Below, in pieces: positions 1 through 9,315 of a DNA stretch of 64,000 nucleotides. Location of the stretch: contig OY760226.1 of the NCBI GenBank assembly GCA_963663395.1, forward strand, positions 3,608,325 through 3,672,324, written 5' to 3'. The notes beneath the pieces are model-generated. The model had not been told where the DNA came from. It worked only from the letters and a program-made list of their open reading frames with translations, and did not search any database. The stretch's first letter is position 1, and every line of letters begins with the position of its first letter. Source of the stretch: Pseudomonadales bacterium (GTDB taxonomy: Bacteria; Pseudomonadota; Gammaproteobacteria; Pseudomonadales; Azotimanducaceae). The translations under genes and the position numbers were made by a program.

Positions 1-844
1 CGAAATTGAAAACGACCGGGAAGATGACAAGCCCGGCAAGCAGGGCGACCAGGGTGTCCGCCGAGACGATGATCAGGGCGCTGCCGGCGATGGATATTTT
101 TTTCGGCAGGTAGGCGCCGAACGTCATCATCCCCCCCATCGCCACGCCGATCGAAAAGAAGGCCTGCCCCACGGCGGCCAGAATCATCGGCCCGTTGACC
201 TTGCTGAAATCGGGGGCGAACAGGTACGTCAGGGCCTGCCCGAAACCCCCGGCGAAAACGTTGTAGGCCGCCAGCGCCACCAGCAGGCCGAAGAGGGTGG
301 GCATCAGCACCCTGACCGCCCGTTCGATCCCGGAGCGCACGCCGGCGTAGATGATGGTTCCGGTGATGGCCAGCCCCAGCACCGTCCAGAAAATCAGGCC
401 GGGGATATCGGCCAGCACAGCATCGAATTCCGACTTCGCCCCGGGCCCGTCAATACCGGCAAAGCCCGTCGTCAACGCCTTGAAGAGATAGAGCAGCACC
501 CAGCCGGCGATGACGCAGTAGACTACCTGGATCAGAAAGGCGGCAACGAGATTCATGCCGCCCGCCCACTGCCATTGCCGGGATTGCCCCTCCGCCAATG
601 CGACGGCGCGCATCGACCCCGGCGGACTCATCCGGCCCCGGCGCCCGATCATGACTTCGGCGATCAGTATCGGCACGCCAATGGCGAATGCACAGACAAG
701 ATAGACGACCACGAAGGCGGCGCCGCCGTTCTCGCCCGTAATGTAGGGAAAGCGCCAGATGTTGCCGAGCCCGACCGCGAAGCCGATGGACGCCAGCAGG
801 AATCCCGCCCTCGAGGACCATTGCTCGCCCGCCACACTCGCCAT
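1..844 (-). CDS. sodium-dependent transporter, neurotransmitter:sodium symporter (NSS/SNF) family; C-terminal part lies outside the window
   Basis: My own translation of the minus strand from ATG 844..842 gives MASVAGEQWSSRAGFLLASIGFAVGLGNIWRFPYITGENGGAAFVVVYLVCAFAIGVPILIAEVMIGRRG... GLGNIWRFPY is the NSS signature, and hydrophobic helices continue to position 1. It is absent from the ORF track because it runs off the edge. Confidence 0.85.
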   Translation of the reverse strand, partial: MASVAGEQWSSRAGFLLASIGFAVGLGNIWRFPYITGENGGAAFVVVYLVCAFAIGVPILIAEVMIGRRGRMSPPGSMRAVALAEGQSRQWQWAGGMNLVAAFLIQVVYCVIAGWVLLYLFKALTTGFAGIDGPGAKSEFDAVLADIPGLIFWTVLGLAITGTIIYAGVRSGIERAVRVLMPTLFGLLVALAAYNVFAGGFGQALTYLFAPDFSKVNGPMILAAVGQAFFSIGVAMGGMMTFGAYLPKKISIAGSALIIVSADTLVALLAGLVIFPVVFNF

Positions 845-1095
845 TGCTTTCCCTCCCGATTGCCGCATCGCCGGCCCGGCGCGTCATTGCAGACCGATGC
901 CGGACGGATTCTGTCGCGACCGGTCAATATGGCCACCCCCTGCAAAGCTGTCAATCAAGGTGCCCTCCGGGCCCCGGCGTACCGGTTCCCGAGCGACGCG
1001 CCAGCCCGCGAAGCCCGGCGACCGGAATTTCAAGCCGCGCCGGGGAGCGTGCCGTCACCTCGGAAATTCACCGCGCGCGTTGCTACCATGCACCG

Positions 1096-2661
1096 ATGAT
1101 CGACTTTCGCCAGCCCTACCCGTCGACCCGGTCGCCGGTTTGCGCAGCCAACCTGGTGGCAACGTCCCAGCCGCTTGCCGTGCAGGCCGGCGTCGATGCG
1201 CTGCGTCGGGGCGGCAACGCCGTGGACGCCGCCCTTGCCACCGCCATTACGCTGGCCGTGGTCGAGCCGAACAACAACGGCGCGGGCAGCGATGCGTTCG
1301 CCATCGTCTGGGACGGCGACTCGCTCACCGGGTTGAACGCTTCCGGGCGCTCGCCGGCCGGCTGGACTCCGGAGCGGTACGCCGGCCGCGGCTCGATGCC
1401 GAACCGGGGCTGGGATGCAGTGACGGTGCCCGGCGCCGTCAGCGCCTGGGTCGCGCTGTCCGGCCGCTACGGCAGGCTGCCTTTTCCCGAACTGTTCAAC
1501 GATGCGATCCGCTATGCCGAAGCGGGTTTTCAGGTGGGCCCCAAGACCGGTTTCTACTGGCAGTTCGCCGAGGAAGCCTATCGAGGCTTCGAGCACTTCG
1601 CCGAACACTTCCTGCCTGCGCCCGCACCCGGCGACCTGTTCCGGCGCCCGGACCTGGCGGCGACGCTCGCGGAGATTGCCGAGACGCGCGGTGAGTCCTT
1701 CTACCGCGGCAGGCTGGCCGAACGGATCGAGGCCGCGTCCATCGCCGAAGGCGGCGCCATGCGCATGGCCGACCTGGCGGAACACCGCGCCGACTGGGTC
1801 GCTCCACTGGCCCAGGACTACCGCAAGGTAACCCTCCACGAGATTCCGCCCAACGGACAGGGGCTCGCCGCCCAGATCGCGCTGGGCATCCTGCAGCACC
1901 TCGATGTCGCCCCCCTGGACTCCGAAGCGGGCGTCCATCGGGAACTCGAAGCCATGAAGATGGCCATTCGCGCGGCCTTCGATCATTTCGCCGACCCTGC
2001 GGCAATGCAGGTGTCACCGGAGGAGTTGCTGGACGAAAGCTCACTCAAGCGGGCCGCGCAGCGCATCCGAAAGCAGGCCAATTCGCTGCCGCCGGTGGCC
2101 CTGCCAACCAGCCGCGACACCGTCTATCTGACCGCGGCCGACGCCGACGGGATGATGGTTTCCATGATCCAGTCGAACTACGAAGGGTTCGGTTCCGGGG
2201 TCGTCGTCCCCGGCACCGGCATTGCCATGCAGAACCGGGGGCTGGGTTTCGTGCTGGAGTCGGGCCATCCAAACCGGGTCGGCCCGAAAAAGCGCCCCTA
2301 CCACACCATCATTCCGGGTTTCGTAACCCGCGACGGCGCGCCCGCAATGAGCTTCGGGGTCATGGGCGGCCACATGCAGCACCAGGGCCACGTACAGATG
2401 GTGCGGCGCATCTTCGACCAGGGCCAGAATCCCCAGGCCGCCAGCGATGCGCCGCGCTGGCACGTCTACCCGGATTTCAGCGTGGGCCTGGAAACCGGTT
2501 TCGACCACGGAGTGGCACAGGGACTGGCCGACCGGGGCCACCGGGTTCGATTCGAACCGGCCGAGCCCGTGTTCGGCGGCGCTCAACTCATCCTGAAGAC
2601 GGATTCCGGCTACGTGGGCGGGTCCGACCACCGCAAGGAAGGGCTGGTCGCCGGCTTTTGA
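1096..2661 (+). CDS. ggt: gamma-glutamyltransferase family protein
   Basis: Lies in ORF 844..2661. The first convincing start is ATG 1096 (MIDFRQPYPSTRSPV). GGT blocks are present: VATSQPLAVQAGVDALRRGGNAVDAALA, the autoprocessing context SRDTVYLTAAD, GHPNRVGPKKRPYHTIIP and MSFGVMGGHMQ. Confidence 0.9.
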   Translation: MIDFRQPYPSTRSPVCAANLVATSQPLAVQAGVDALRRGGNAVDAALATAITLAVVEPNNNGAGSDAFAIVWDGDSLTGLNASGRSPAGWTPERYAGRGSMPNRGWDAVTVPGAVSAWVALSGRYGRLPFPELFNDAIRYAEAGFQVGPKTGFYWQFAEEAYRGFEHFAEHFLPAPAPGDLFRRPDLAATLAEIAETRGESFYRGRLAERIEAASIAEGGAMRMADLAEHRADWVAPLAQDYRKVTLHEIPPNGQGLAAQIALGILQHLDVAPLDSEAGVHRELEAMKMAIRAAFDHFADPAAMQVSPEELLDESSLKRAAQRIRKQANSLPPVALPTSRDTVYLTAADADGMMVSMIQSNYEGFGSGVVVPGTGIAMQNRGLGFVLESGHPNRVGPKKRPYHTIIPGFVTRDGAPAMSFGVMGGHMQHQGHVQMVRRIFDQGQNPQAASDAPRWHVYPDFSVGLETGFDHGVAQGLADRGHRVRFEPAEPVFGGAQLILKTDSGYVGGSDHRKEGLVAGF

Positions 2662-2695
2662 GTTCCCCGTTGGCCGATTGCCCGTTTTCCTGAAA

Positions 2696-2713
2696 AGGAT
2701 AACGGGTTATCCT
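2696..2713. promoter_or_regulatory. 18-bp perfect palindrome AGGATAAC-GG-GTTATCCT, a candidate operator upstream of the HsaA-like gene
   Basis: Read directly from the sequence. The 8-bp arms are perfectly complementary. It sits 26 nt upstream of ATG 2739 and 35 nt after the ggt stop. It is followed by an A-run, not a T-run, on the + strand, so it is not a typical intrinsic terminator. Confidence 0.35.
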
Positions 2714-2738
2714 AAAAAGACAGCGGAAGGATGCAATC

Positions 2739-3971
2739 ATGGCCGAAGCAACCCAGCAGACATTTTTCACCGAAACGCCTCTCGAGCGGGTGCACCGGAT
2801 CAGGGACGCCATCGTGGAAGGCGGTGACGAAGCCCAGAAGGCAAGGCGGCTGCCGGCGGAAACGGCCGAAATCCTCATCCAGGAAGGCCTGTACCGGTTT
2901 ACCCTGCCCCACGAACTGGGCGGCGAAAACGCCAGCGTCCGCGAAACCATCGAAATCCTCGAGGCCATCGCCGCCATCGACGGTTCGGTGGGCTGGAATA
3001 TCATGATCGGCTCGGAGATCAACGCCATTGCCGCGGGCGGCATGGACCCGGCCATCGCCAAGGAAGTCTACCTGGACAACCCCCGGGTGATCATGTGCGG
3101 CGGCGGCGGGCCCGGAACCCAACCCTCCTATGCAATCGAACAGAAGGACGGCAGCTACCGGGTGTGGGGCCAGGCCACCTTCCTCTCCGGCTGCCACAAC
3201 GCCGAGTGGGCCTTCATGGTGGCGCCCATCGTCGAGGACGGCAATCCGAAGATGGACGACGCCGGCGTCCCGATCTTCCGCATGTGGTTCCTGCACAAGA
3301 GCGAGTGGGAGATCAAGGACACCTGGCACATGGCGGGGCTGCGCGGCTCCGGCAGCCACGATGTGTTTGCCGATGGCGCCCTGGTGCCGGAACGACTGGT
3401 GCCGGTGGAACTCTTCAGCGTACCGGCACACTACCCGAACCCGGTATTCCGCATCCCCGTGGCGCTCAGGCTGTCGTTCAACAAGGCAGCCGTCGCCATC
3501 GGCGTCGCCAGAGGCGCCCTCGACGCCTTCTCCGACATCGCCCAGAACAAGGTTCCGCTGTTGACCACCTCCACCCTCAGAGACAAGCCCATCGCCCACT
3601 ACCGCATGGGCGAAGGCGAAGCTTCGCTGCGCGCGGCCCGGTCCTTCCTGATGGAAACCATGGACGACGTGGTGGAGGAACTGGAGGCCGGCGCGCCCAC
3701 GCCCGGCCCCGAGACCACCAAGCTCGCCCGGCTGGCCTGCACTCATGCAGCGAATGTATCCATGCACGTCGTCGACAGCGTGCACAACGCGGCGGGCACG
3801 ACCAGCCTGCGCATGGATTGCCCGCTGGAACGCAAGCTCCGCGATGCCCACGGCTGCGCCACCCACCGCTGGGTTGCGCACCCGCTGTATGCGGAACTCG
3901 GCAAGATGTTCCTCGGACACCCGGGCCTGCCCGAATTTTCCGGGGAAGGGGACGCGCAACCGGGCAAGTGA
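2739..3971 (+). CDS. acyl-CoA dehydrogenase type-2 fold protein; HsaA/C2/DszC-like oxygenase component of a two-component flavin monooxygenase
   Basis: 410 aa. Motifs: RRLPAETAEILIQEGLYRFTLPHELGG, GSVGWNIMIG, SGCHNAEWAF, WEIKDTWHMAGLRGSGSHDV and ERKLRDAHGCATH. The order matches my memory of the M. tuberculosis HsaA sequence. RBS GGAAGG lies upstream. Confidence 0.75.
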   Translation: MAEATQQTFFTETPLERVHRIRDAIVEGGDEAQKARRLPAETAEILIQEGLYRFTLPHELGGENASVRETIEILEAIAAIDGSVGWNIMIGSEINAIAAGGMDPAIAKEVYLDNPRVIMCGGGGPGTQPSYAIEQKDGSYRVWGQATFLSGCHNAEWAFMVAPIVEDGNPKMDDAGVPIFRMWFLHKSEWEIKDTWHMAGLRGSGSHDVFADGALVPERLVPVELFSVPAHYPNPVFRIPVALRLSFNKAAVAIGVARGALDAFSDIAQNKVPLLTTSTLRDKPIAHYRMGEGEASLRAARSFLMETMDDVVEELEAGAPTPGPETTKLARLACTHAANVSMHVVDSVHNAAGTTSLRMDCPLERKLRDAHGCATHRWVAHPLYAELGKMFLGHPGLPEFSGEGDAQPGK

Positions 3972-4028
3972 GCTCCGGTTCCAGATCAAACAAACCAGCG
4001 GCCCCGCCGGTCGCTTGAGGAGTATGCA

Positions 4029-4325
4029 ATGGCAGCTTATTTCGTTCTTCAATACGAAGTGAATGACCGCGACCTGTACCGCGAATACCAGGTCGGCGCC
4101 GGCGCGACCGCCCAGGCCCACGGGGTCGAGGTGGTCGTCTACGACGAGGCCGCGGAAACCATCGAAGGGACACCGCCGGGCAAGCAGACGATAGTGCTGA
4201 AGTTCCGGGACACCGACCACTTCCGCGAGTGGTACGACTCCGACGAATACCAGGCGGTGATCGGCAAGCGCCACGCCGCCACCGACGGCTTCGGCGTCCT
4301 GTCCCAGTCAATGAACGTGCAGTAG
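4029..4325 (+). CDS. DUF1330 domain-containing protein
   Basis: 98 aa. MAAYFVLQYEVNDRDLYREY...IVLKFRDTDHFREWYDSDEYQAVIGKRHAATDG fits the DUF1330 pattern (start M-x-AY, W-Y-x-S-x-EYQ). RBS GAGGAG lies upstream. Confidence 0.8.
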   Translation: MAAYFVLQYEVNDRDLYREYQVGAGATAQAHGVEVVVYDEAAETIEGTPPGKQTIVLKFRDTDHFREWYDSDEYQAVIGKRHAATDGFGVLSQSMNVQ

Positions 4326-4429
4326 CCAATAGCGACGGCGACGCTGACCGGGCGCCGCCGGGACAATCAGCACCTGCGAGCAGGAAACCCGACGCCTCGG
4401 CGCGCTGAAGCGGCGCACTAATGTGCGGC

Positions 4430-4711
4430 GAACAACGCCGAATCTCGGAAAAGAGTTCGCATGCGGGGTCGCCGCCGGTCGGGCGTAGCCCGAGCCGAAG
4501 CACCGCTTCGGCAGGTGGCGACGCCCCGTAACTGGTTGCGGGGCCGGGTGCCAAACTTTCGGCGCGTTAAGCTCGTCCGAACGCCTCGCGTACATCAAGA
4601 CAACGAGGCCGCGCGCCGAAAGGGAAGCCCCGCATGCGAACTCGCTGCCCGGTGCTGGCGGCTGTTCCATAGAAACCAAAGATCCACATGGGCAATTTGT
4701 TCCATCCGAGC
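4430..4711 (+). repeat. copy A of a ~200-bp intergenic hairpin (REP/MITE-like) element, carrying an ~87-nt internal insertion (4469..4555)
   Basis: Aligns by eye at roughly 85-90% identity with the reverse complement of 10107..10307. It contains the long inverted repeat GAGTTCGCATGCGGGG...CTTTCGGCGCG / CGCGCCGAAAGGGAAGCCCCGCATGCGAACTC and short GGAACAA/TTGTTCC-type ends. It lies between DUF1330 and the aldehyde dehydrogenase. Confidence 0.8.
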
Positions 4712-4776
4712 CTGTCCCCGCGCTTGGCAGCCCCGAATTTGGTGGTAAGCTACCGCCCCCCAATTTCCGGACACAC

Positions 4777-6228
4777 GTGAAGGGTAAAACCGTGAGCAAT
4801 CGACAGAAATTCTATATCAACGGCGAGTGGGTAAAGCCCGCCGGCACCAAGACCCTGGCGGTCATCAATCCCGCCAACGAAGAGCCCATCGATGATATCG
4901 CCCTCGGTAACGAGGAAGACGTCAACCGGGCCGTCGCCGCGGCCAAGGCTGCGTTCGAGACTTTCTCCCAAACCACCCGGGAAGAGCGCGTCGCGATGAT
5001 GGAGCGCATCGTCGGCGTCTACCAGGGGCGCATGGACGAAGTGGCAGCGACCATCAGCGAAGAGATGGGCGCGCCCATGTTCCTCGCCAAGGCCGCCCAG
5101 GCACCGATGGGCATCGCCCACATGATGACCAACCTGAACGTACTGAAGACCTTCGAGTTCGAAGAAGACCTGGGTACGTCCCACATCGTCAAGGAACCCG
5201 CGGGCGTCTGCGGCTTCATCACCCCCTGGAACTGGCCGATCAACCAGATCGCCTGCAAGGTGGCCCCGGCCCTGGCAGCCGGCTGCACCATGGTGCTCAA
5301 GCCCTCGGAAGTGGCCCCCTTCAATGCCGTTCTCTTTGCCGAGATTCTCGACGAGGCCGGCGTTCCCCCAGGGGTCTTCAACCTGGTCAACGGCGACGGG
5401 CCGACGGTGGGCGTGGCGCTGTCCTCGCATCCCGATGTCGACATGATGTCGTTCACCGGTTCGACACGCGCGGGCATAGAGGTGGCGAAAAACGCAGCGC
5501 CCACGGTCAAGCGCGTCACCCAGGAACTCGGCGGCAAGTCTGCCAACATCATTCTCGACGATGCCGATTTCCAGGCCGTCATTGCCCGGGACATGGCGGG
5601 CATGTGCACCAACTCCGGCCAGTCCTGCAACGCGCCGACGCGCATGCTCGTCCCGAACGGGCGCATGGACGAGGCCGCGGCCATTGCCCGGTCAGCCGCC
5701 GAAGGCATCAAGGTCGGCGATCCCAAAGCAGCGGACACCAACATCGGCCCGGTGGTCTCCGAAGTCCAGTTCAACAAGATCCAGGGGCTTATCCAGAAGG
5801 GTATCGATGAGGGAGCCAGGCTCGAGACCGGCGGCCCCGGCCGCCCCGACGGGCTGAATCGCGGCTACTACGTGAAGCCCACGGTGTTCTCCCACGTCAC
5901 CAACGACATGACCATCGCCCGGGAGGAGATTTTCGGTCCCGTGCTGTCGCTGATCGGCTACGAGGACGACGAAGACGCGGTGCGCATAGCCAACGACACG
6001 CCATACGGCTTGTCCGGCTACATTTCCGCCGGCGACCCGGACCGGGCCAGGGCCATGGCGCGGCGCATTCGCTCCGGCAACGTCCACCTGAACGGTGCGT
6101 CGGTAGACCCCAGCGCGCCTTTCGGCGGCTACAAGCAGTCCGGTAACGGCCGCGAGTGGGGTACGCACGGCTTCGAGGAGTTCCTCGAGGTGAAGGCGAT
6201 ACTCGGCTACAACGCAGCCGCCGGCTGA
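4777..6228 (+). CDS. NAD(P)-dependent aldehyde dehydrogenase family protein
   Basis: 483 aa from GTG 4777 (alternative GTG 4792). ALDH motifs: FTGSTRAGIEV, ELGGKSANII, catalytic Cys context NSGQSCNAPTRMLV, and EEIFGPVL. Confidence 0.92.
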   Translation: MKGKTVSNRQKFYINGEWVKPAGTKTLAVINPANEEPIDDIALGNEEDVNRAVAAAKAAFETFSQTTREERVAMMERIVGVYQGRMDEVAATISEEMGAPMFLAKAAQAPMGIAHMMTNLNVLKTFEFEEDLGTSHIVKEPAGVCGFITPWNWPINQIACKVAPALAAGCTMVLKPSEVAPFNAVLFAEILDEAGVPPGVFNLVNGDGPTVGVALSSHPDVDMMSFTGSTRAGIEVAKNAAPTVKRVTQELGGKSANIILDDADFQAVIARDMAGMCTNSGQSCNAPTRMLVPNGRMDEAAAIARSAAEGIKVGDPKAADTNIGPVVSEVQFNKIQGLIQKGIDEGARLETGGPGRPDGLNRGYYVKPTVFSHVTNDMTIAREEIFGPVLSLIGYEDDEDAVRIANDTPYGLSGYISAGDPDRARAMARRIRSGNVHLNGASVDPSAPFGGYKQSGNGREWGTHGFEEFLEVKAILGYNAAAG

Positions 6229-6525
6229 GCCCGTCTCGGTTGCCGAGGACCTGTGCGGGGCGCCATTGCGGCGCCTCGCTCGTCCTCATTTGCTGAAACA
6301 TTCGGCAACCAGCGTCGCCGCGGTTGCGGCACCGCCCCTGACGTCGCATTTGCCGGGTCGCAAGTAACATCGTAACGTTGCTGCTCACCGGGCGATACGA
6401 TTGGCCCCGGGGAGCGCGGCCCATGACAGGAACGAAAGCACGCGGTCGATGGCCAGCCGCCTGACAGGCAAGCGGCCGGCGCGCCCGATTCGTGGTGCCC
6501 GCATTTCCTCCGGGCGCCCATCGCG

Positions 6526-8694
6526 GTGAAGTCGCCGTACATCGAACTCGTGAAGGAACTGCGGTCGGACATCCTGTCCGCGCGAGCCGTGCCGGCTCTC
6601 TCCACCGGCGTCACGTCGGGCCTCGGGCTGCTGGTCGCCCAGGTCGCCTTTGCAACCTTCATATTCTCCGGACAGCTTGCCCCCTACACATCCCAGGGCG
6701 TGGGCCTGATCCTGTTCGGAAACCTCGCCGCCTGCCTGGTCACCGCGCTGGCGGGCGGCTTTCGCGGCGTGATCGCCGGGCTCTCCCCCGCGCTGGTCAT
6801 CGGCATGGCTGTCATCGCCTCCACCATGGATGCACAGGGCGACGCCCTGTTCGTCAGTGTAGCGGTTGCGCTCATCCTCAGTGCCGTTCTGACCGGCCTC
6901 TGCATCGTGGCAATCGGGCATTTTCGTCTTTCCAACCTGGTGCGATTCATCCCCTATCCCGTCGCTTCCGGCTTTGTCGCCGGAATCGGCGGCGCCGTGT
7001 GCCTGGCAGCCATGTCGCTGATGGACGCGGAACTGGCCTGGGGAGCGCTTCCGGAATTGCTGGAGCCCGCAACGCTATGGCGCTGGGTACCCGGCGCGGC
7101 CTACGGAATCGCCCTGTATTGGGCGATGAAACGCTGGCGCAACCCGCTGATTCTGCCCCTGAGCGTCGCGCTCGCGGTCGTTGCCTACCATCTGGCGTTC
7201 GCCGCGCTCGGCATTTCCGGCGCCGAGGCACGGGCAACCGGCCTGCTGCTGACCGGCACGGCCGAGGGCAACCTGTGGCCGGTACTGGGCCCCGCCGACC
7301 TGCTGCGCGTGGATTGGGCTGCGGCAGCCCTGCAGGTTCCCAACATGCTGGGCCTGATGCTGGTCGCACTCATCGCCATCGTCATGAACGTCGCCGGCCT
7401 TGAAGTAGCCCTCAACCGGGAGCTGGATTGGGATCGGGAATTCCGGGCCGGGGGCGCCGCCTCCCTCGTCGCCGGTCTGGGCGGGGGTACGGTCGCCACC
7501 ATCGTCGTACCGGCATCGCTGCGCAGCAAGCTGTTCGGGGCCGACACCCGCCTGACCGGCATCTTCGCCGCGCTGGTCATCGCAAGCGCATTGATCGTCG
7601 GCGATGGCATGCTGGAACTGGTGCCGTCGCCGCTGGTCGGCGGCATATTGATCTTCGCCGGCCTCGGCATGCTGGACCAGGGCCTCATCGGCAGCCGCAA
7701 CCGCCTCCCCTCTTCCGCGTTCGGAATCGTCGTCCTGATCTTCATTGTCATCATCGCCTTCGGGCTGCTCGAAGGCATTGGCGCCGGCATGCTGGCGACA
7801 CTCGTGCTTTTCGCCGTGCAGTTGAGCCGCGTGGATACGATCGCATCCCGCTTTACCGCGCGGGAGCGCCGCAGCAACAGGACACGCCCCGTACCCGACC
7901 GGGCCATACTGCTCGAGGAAGGCGAGCGCGTGCATGCCTACCGCCTGCGCGGCTACATCTTCTTCGGCAGCGTCACTTCACTGGTCGACCGGCTCAGGGA
8001 GTCCCTGGACGGTGCGGCGCGGCCCGTCTGCCTCCTGCTGGATTTCGCTGCCGTTTCGGGCTGCGACCCCTCGGCGGTAAGCGTGCTGGCGCGCTTGCTG
8101 CAGACAGCGCAGGCGGCCGGCGTGAAGGTTGTGCTCAGCGCATTGCCGAAGCAGTTGGCCCGCGATTTCGAGCGCAACCTGTCGGCCAAGGCCTTCGCAG
8201 GATTGTTTATCGAGCCCGATGCAGATCACGCACTGGAGCGCGGCGAGGACATCGCGCTGGCAGCATGGCGGGCGGGCACAAGCTCGACGGAGGGGCAGCG
8301 CGCCTCGCTGCTCGAGCGGGCCGCGGACGACCTCGAGCGCTACCTGGAGCGGCAGATCGATTTCGAGGAACTGGTGGAAGAACTGCGCAACTGGCTGGAA
8401 CCGCGGGAGTATGCTGCCGGCGAATCGCTCGCCGTGGCCGCGGAGCCGCAAGACGGCCTGCAACTGCTGATTTCCGGGCGGGCTTCCGCTTGCGATGTGG
8501 CTGGTGCCCGCCTGTACCAGATTGGGCCGGGCGATGCGGTCCGGCCGCCGGGTGCCGGCAGGGAGCAGGCGATACAGGTGGTTGCGGAAGAGAACTGCCG
8601 GACGATGCTGATGACACCCGCCACGCAGGCCTGGTTGGAAACGCACCGCAAGGAACTCGCGCTCAAGCTCTACGGATATCTCCTGGCCGGCTAA
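6526..8694 (+). CDS. SulP-family anion transporter fused to STAS and cyclic-nucleotide-binding-like domains
   Basis: 722 aa from GTG 6526. About 450 aa form a polytopic membrane domain (GLLVAQVAFATFIFSG, GFVAGIGGAVCL, LVGGILIFAGLGML). A STAS-like segment follows (YRLRGYIFFGSVTSLVDRL...LLLDFAAVSGCDPSAVSVLARLLQ). The tail is cNMP-like (YAAGESLAVAAEPQDGLQLLISGRASA...YQIGPGDAV). Confidence 0.8.
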   Translation: MKSPYIELVKELRSDILSARAVPALSTGVTSGLGLLVAQVAFATFIFSGQLAPYTSQGVGLILFGNLAACLVTALAGGFRGVIAGLSPALVIGMAVIASTMDAQGDALFVSVAVALILSAVLTGLCIVAIGHFRLSNLVRFIPYPVASGFVAGIGGAVCLAAMSLMDAELAWGALPELLEPATLWRWVPGAAYGIALYWAMKRWRNPLILPLSVALAVVAYHLAFAALGISGAEARATGLLLTGTAEGNLWPVLGPADLLRVDWAAAALQVPNMLGLMLVALIAIVMNVAGLEVALNRELDWDREFRAGGAASLVAGLGGGTVATIVVPASLRSKLFGADTRLTGIFAALVIASALIVGDGMLELVPSPLVGGILIFAGLGMLDQGLIGSRNRLPSSAFGIVVLIFIVIIAFGLLEGIGAGMLATLVLFAVQLSRVDTIASRFTARERRSNRTRPVPDRAILLEEGERVHAYRLRGYIFFGSVTSLVDRLRESLDGAARPVCLLLDFAAVSGCDPSAVSVLARLLQTAQAAGVKVVLSALPKQLARDFERNLSAKAFAGLFIEPDADHALERGEDIALAAWRAGTSSTEGQRASLLERAADDLERYLERQIDFEELVEELRNWLEPREYAAGESLAVAAEPQDGLQLLISGRASACDVAGARLYQIGPGDAVRPPGAGREQAIQVVAEENCRTMLMTPATQAWLETHRKELALKLYGYLLAG

Positions 8695-8869
8695 CCCTGG
8701 CGCGAACAAAAGCCGTTGACGAGAGGTTTCTCCTCACGTTTTCCGCGGAGGGTGGTCGATGCGGTCACGTTGGCCGGTATACTACGCGCCGCCATTCGGG
8801 AGGCGCGGGGTCTTCCCCGAATGTCCCGAAAACCATATTTCGACACTCATCAAACAAGAGGAAGAATCA

Positions 8870-9289
8870 ATGTCCGATCAACTCTCCGCAGACCGCATCG
8901 CGCTGCAGGACGTTCATTTGCGGTATGCCGCCGGGGTCGATAACCGGGATATGGACATGTACCGGTCCTGTTTCGCCGACGATGTGGAGGTGCTGGGTTT
9001 CGGCGACGAATCCATCCTCGGCGCCGCAGCCTGGGTTGACTACGTTATCGAGGCGCTCAAGCAGTTCGGGCCGACCCAGCACATGCTGGGCCCGCAACTC
9101 GCCACCGTGGATGGCGACATCGCCCACACGCGCTCCGACGTGCAGGCGCTGCACTACATGGCCGATGCCGAAGACACCACGCTGACGCTCTGGGCGACCT
9201 ACGAATCCGACATGCGTCGGGTCGACGGGGAGTGGAAGATCTTCCGCCATCGCCTGGTACGTCGCGGAACCCGGATTCAGCAGGATTAG
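8870..9289 (+). CDS. SnoaL-like / NTF2-family protein
   Basis: Lies in ORF 8759..9289. ATG 8870 is preceded by AGAGGAAG. MSDQLSADRIALQDVHLRYAAGVDNRDMDMYRSCFADDV...WKIFRHRLV is typical of SnoaL_4-type NTF2-fold proteins. Confidence 0.7.
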   Translation: MSDQLSADRIALQDVHLRYAAGVDNRDMDMYRSCFADDVEVLGFGDESILGAAAWVDYVIEALKQFGPTQHMLGPQLATVDGDIAHTRSDVQALHYMADAEDTTLTLWATYESDMRRVDGEWKIFRHRLVRRGTRIQQD

Positions 9290-9315
9290 CTGGTCAACAC
9301 GACAGGGAGCGCAGC

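Noticed and set aside
2712-4274. A 520-aa ORF on the minus strand, antisense to the HsaA-like and DUF1330 genes. Similar long antisense or out-of-frame ORFs occur at 10362..11885 (-), 16316..17947 (+), 7428..9185 (+), 47527..49002 (+) and 45336..46535 (-).
   Set aside because: Their translations are Arg/Gly/Pro/Ala-rich low-complexity strings with no family motifs. Each lies opposite or out of frame to a gene with clear family signatures. Such shadow ORFs are expected in GC3-rich genomes, where stop codons are rare in non-coding frames.
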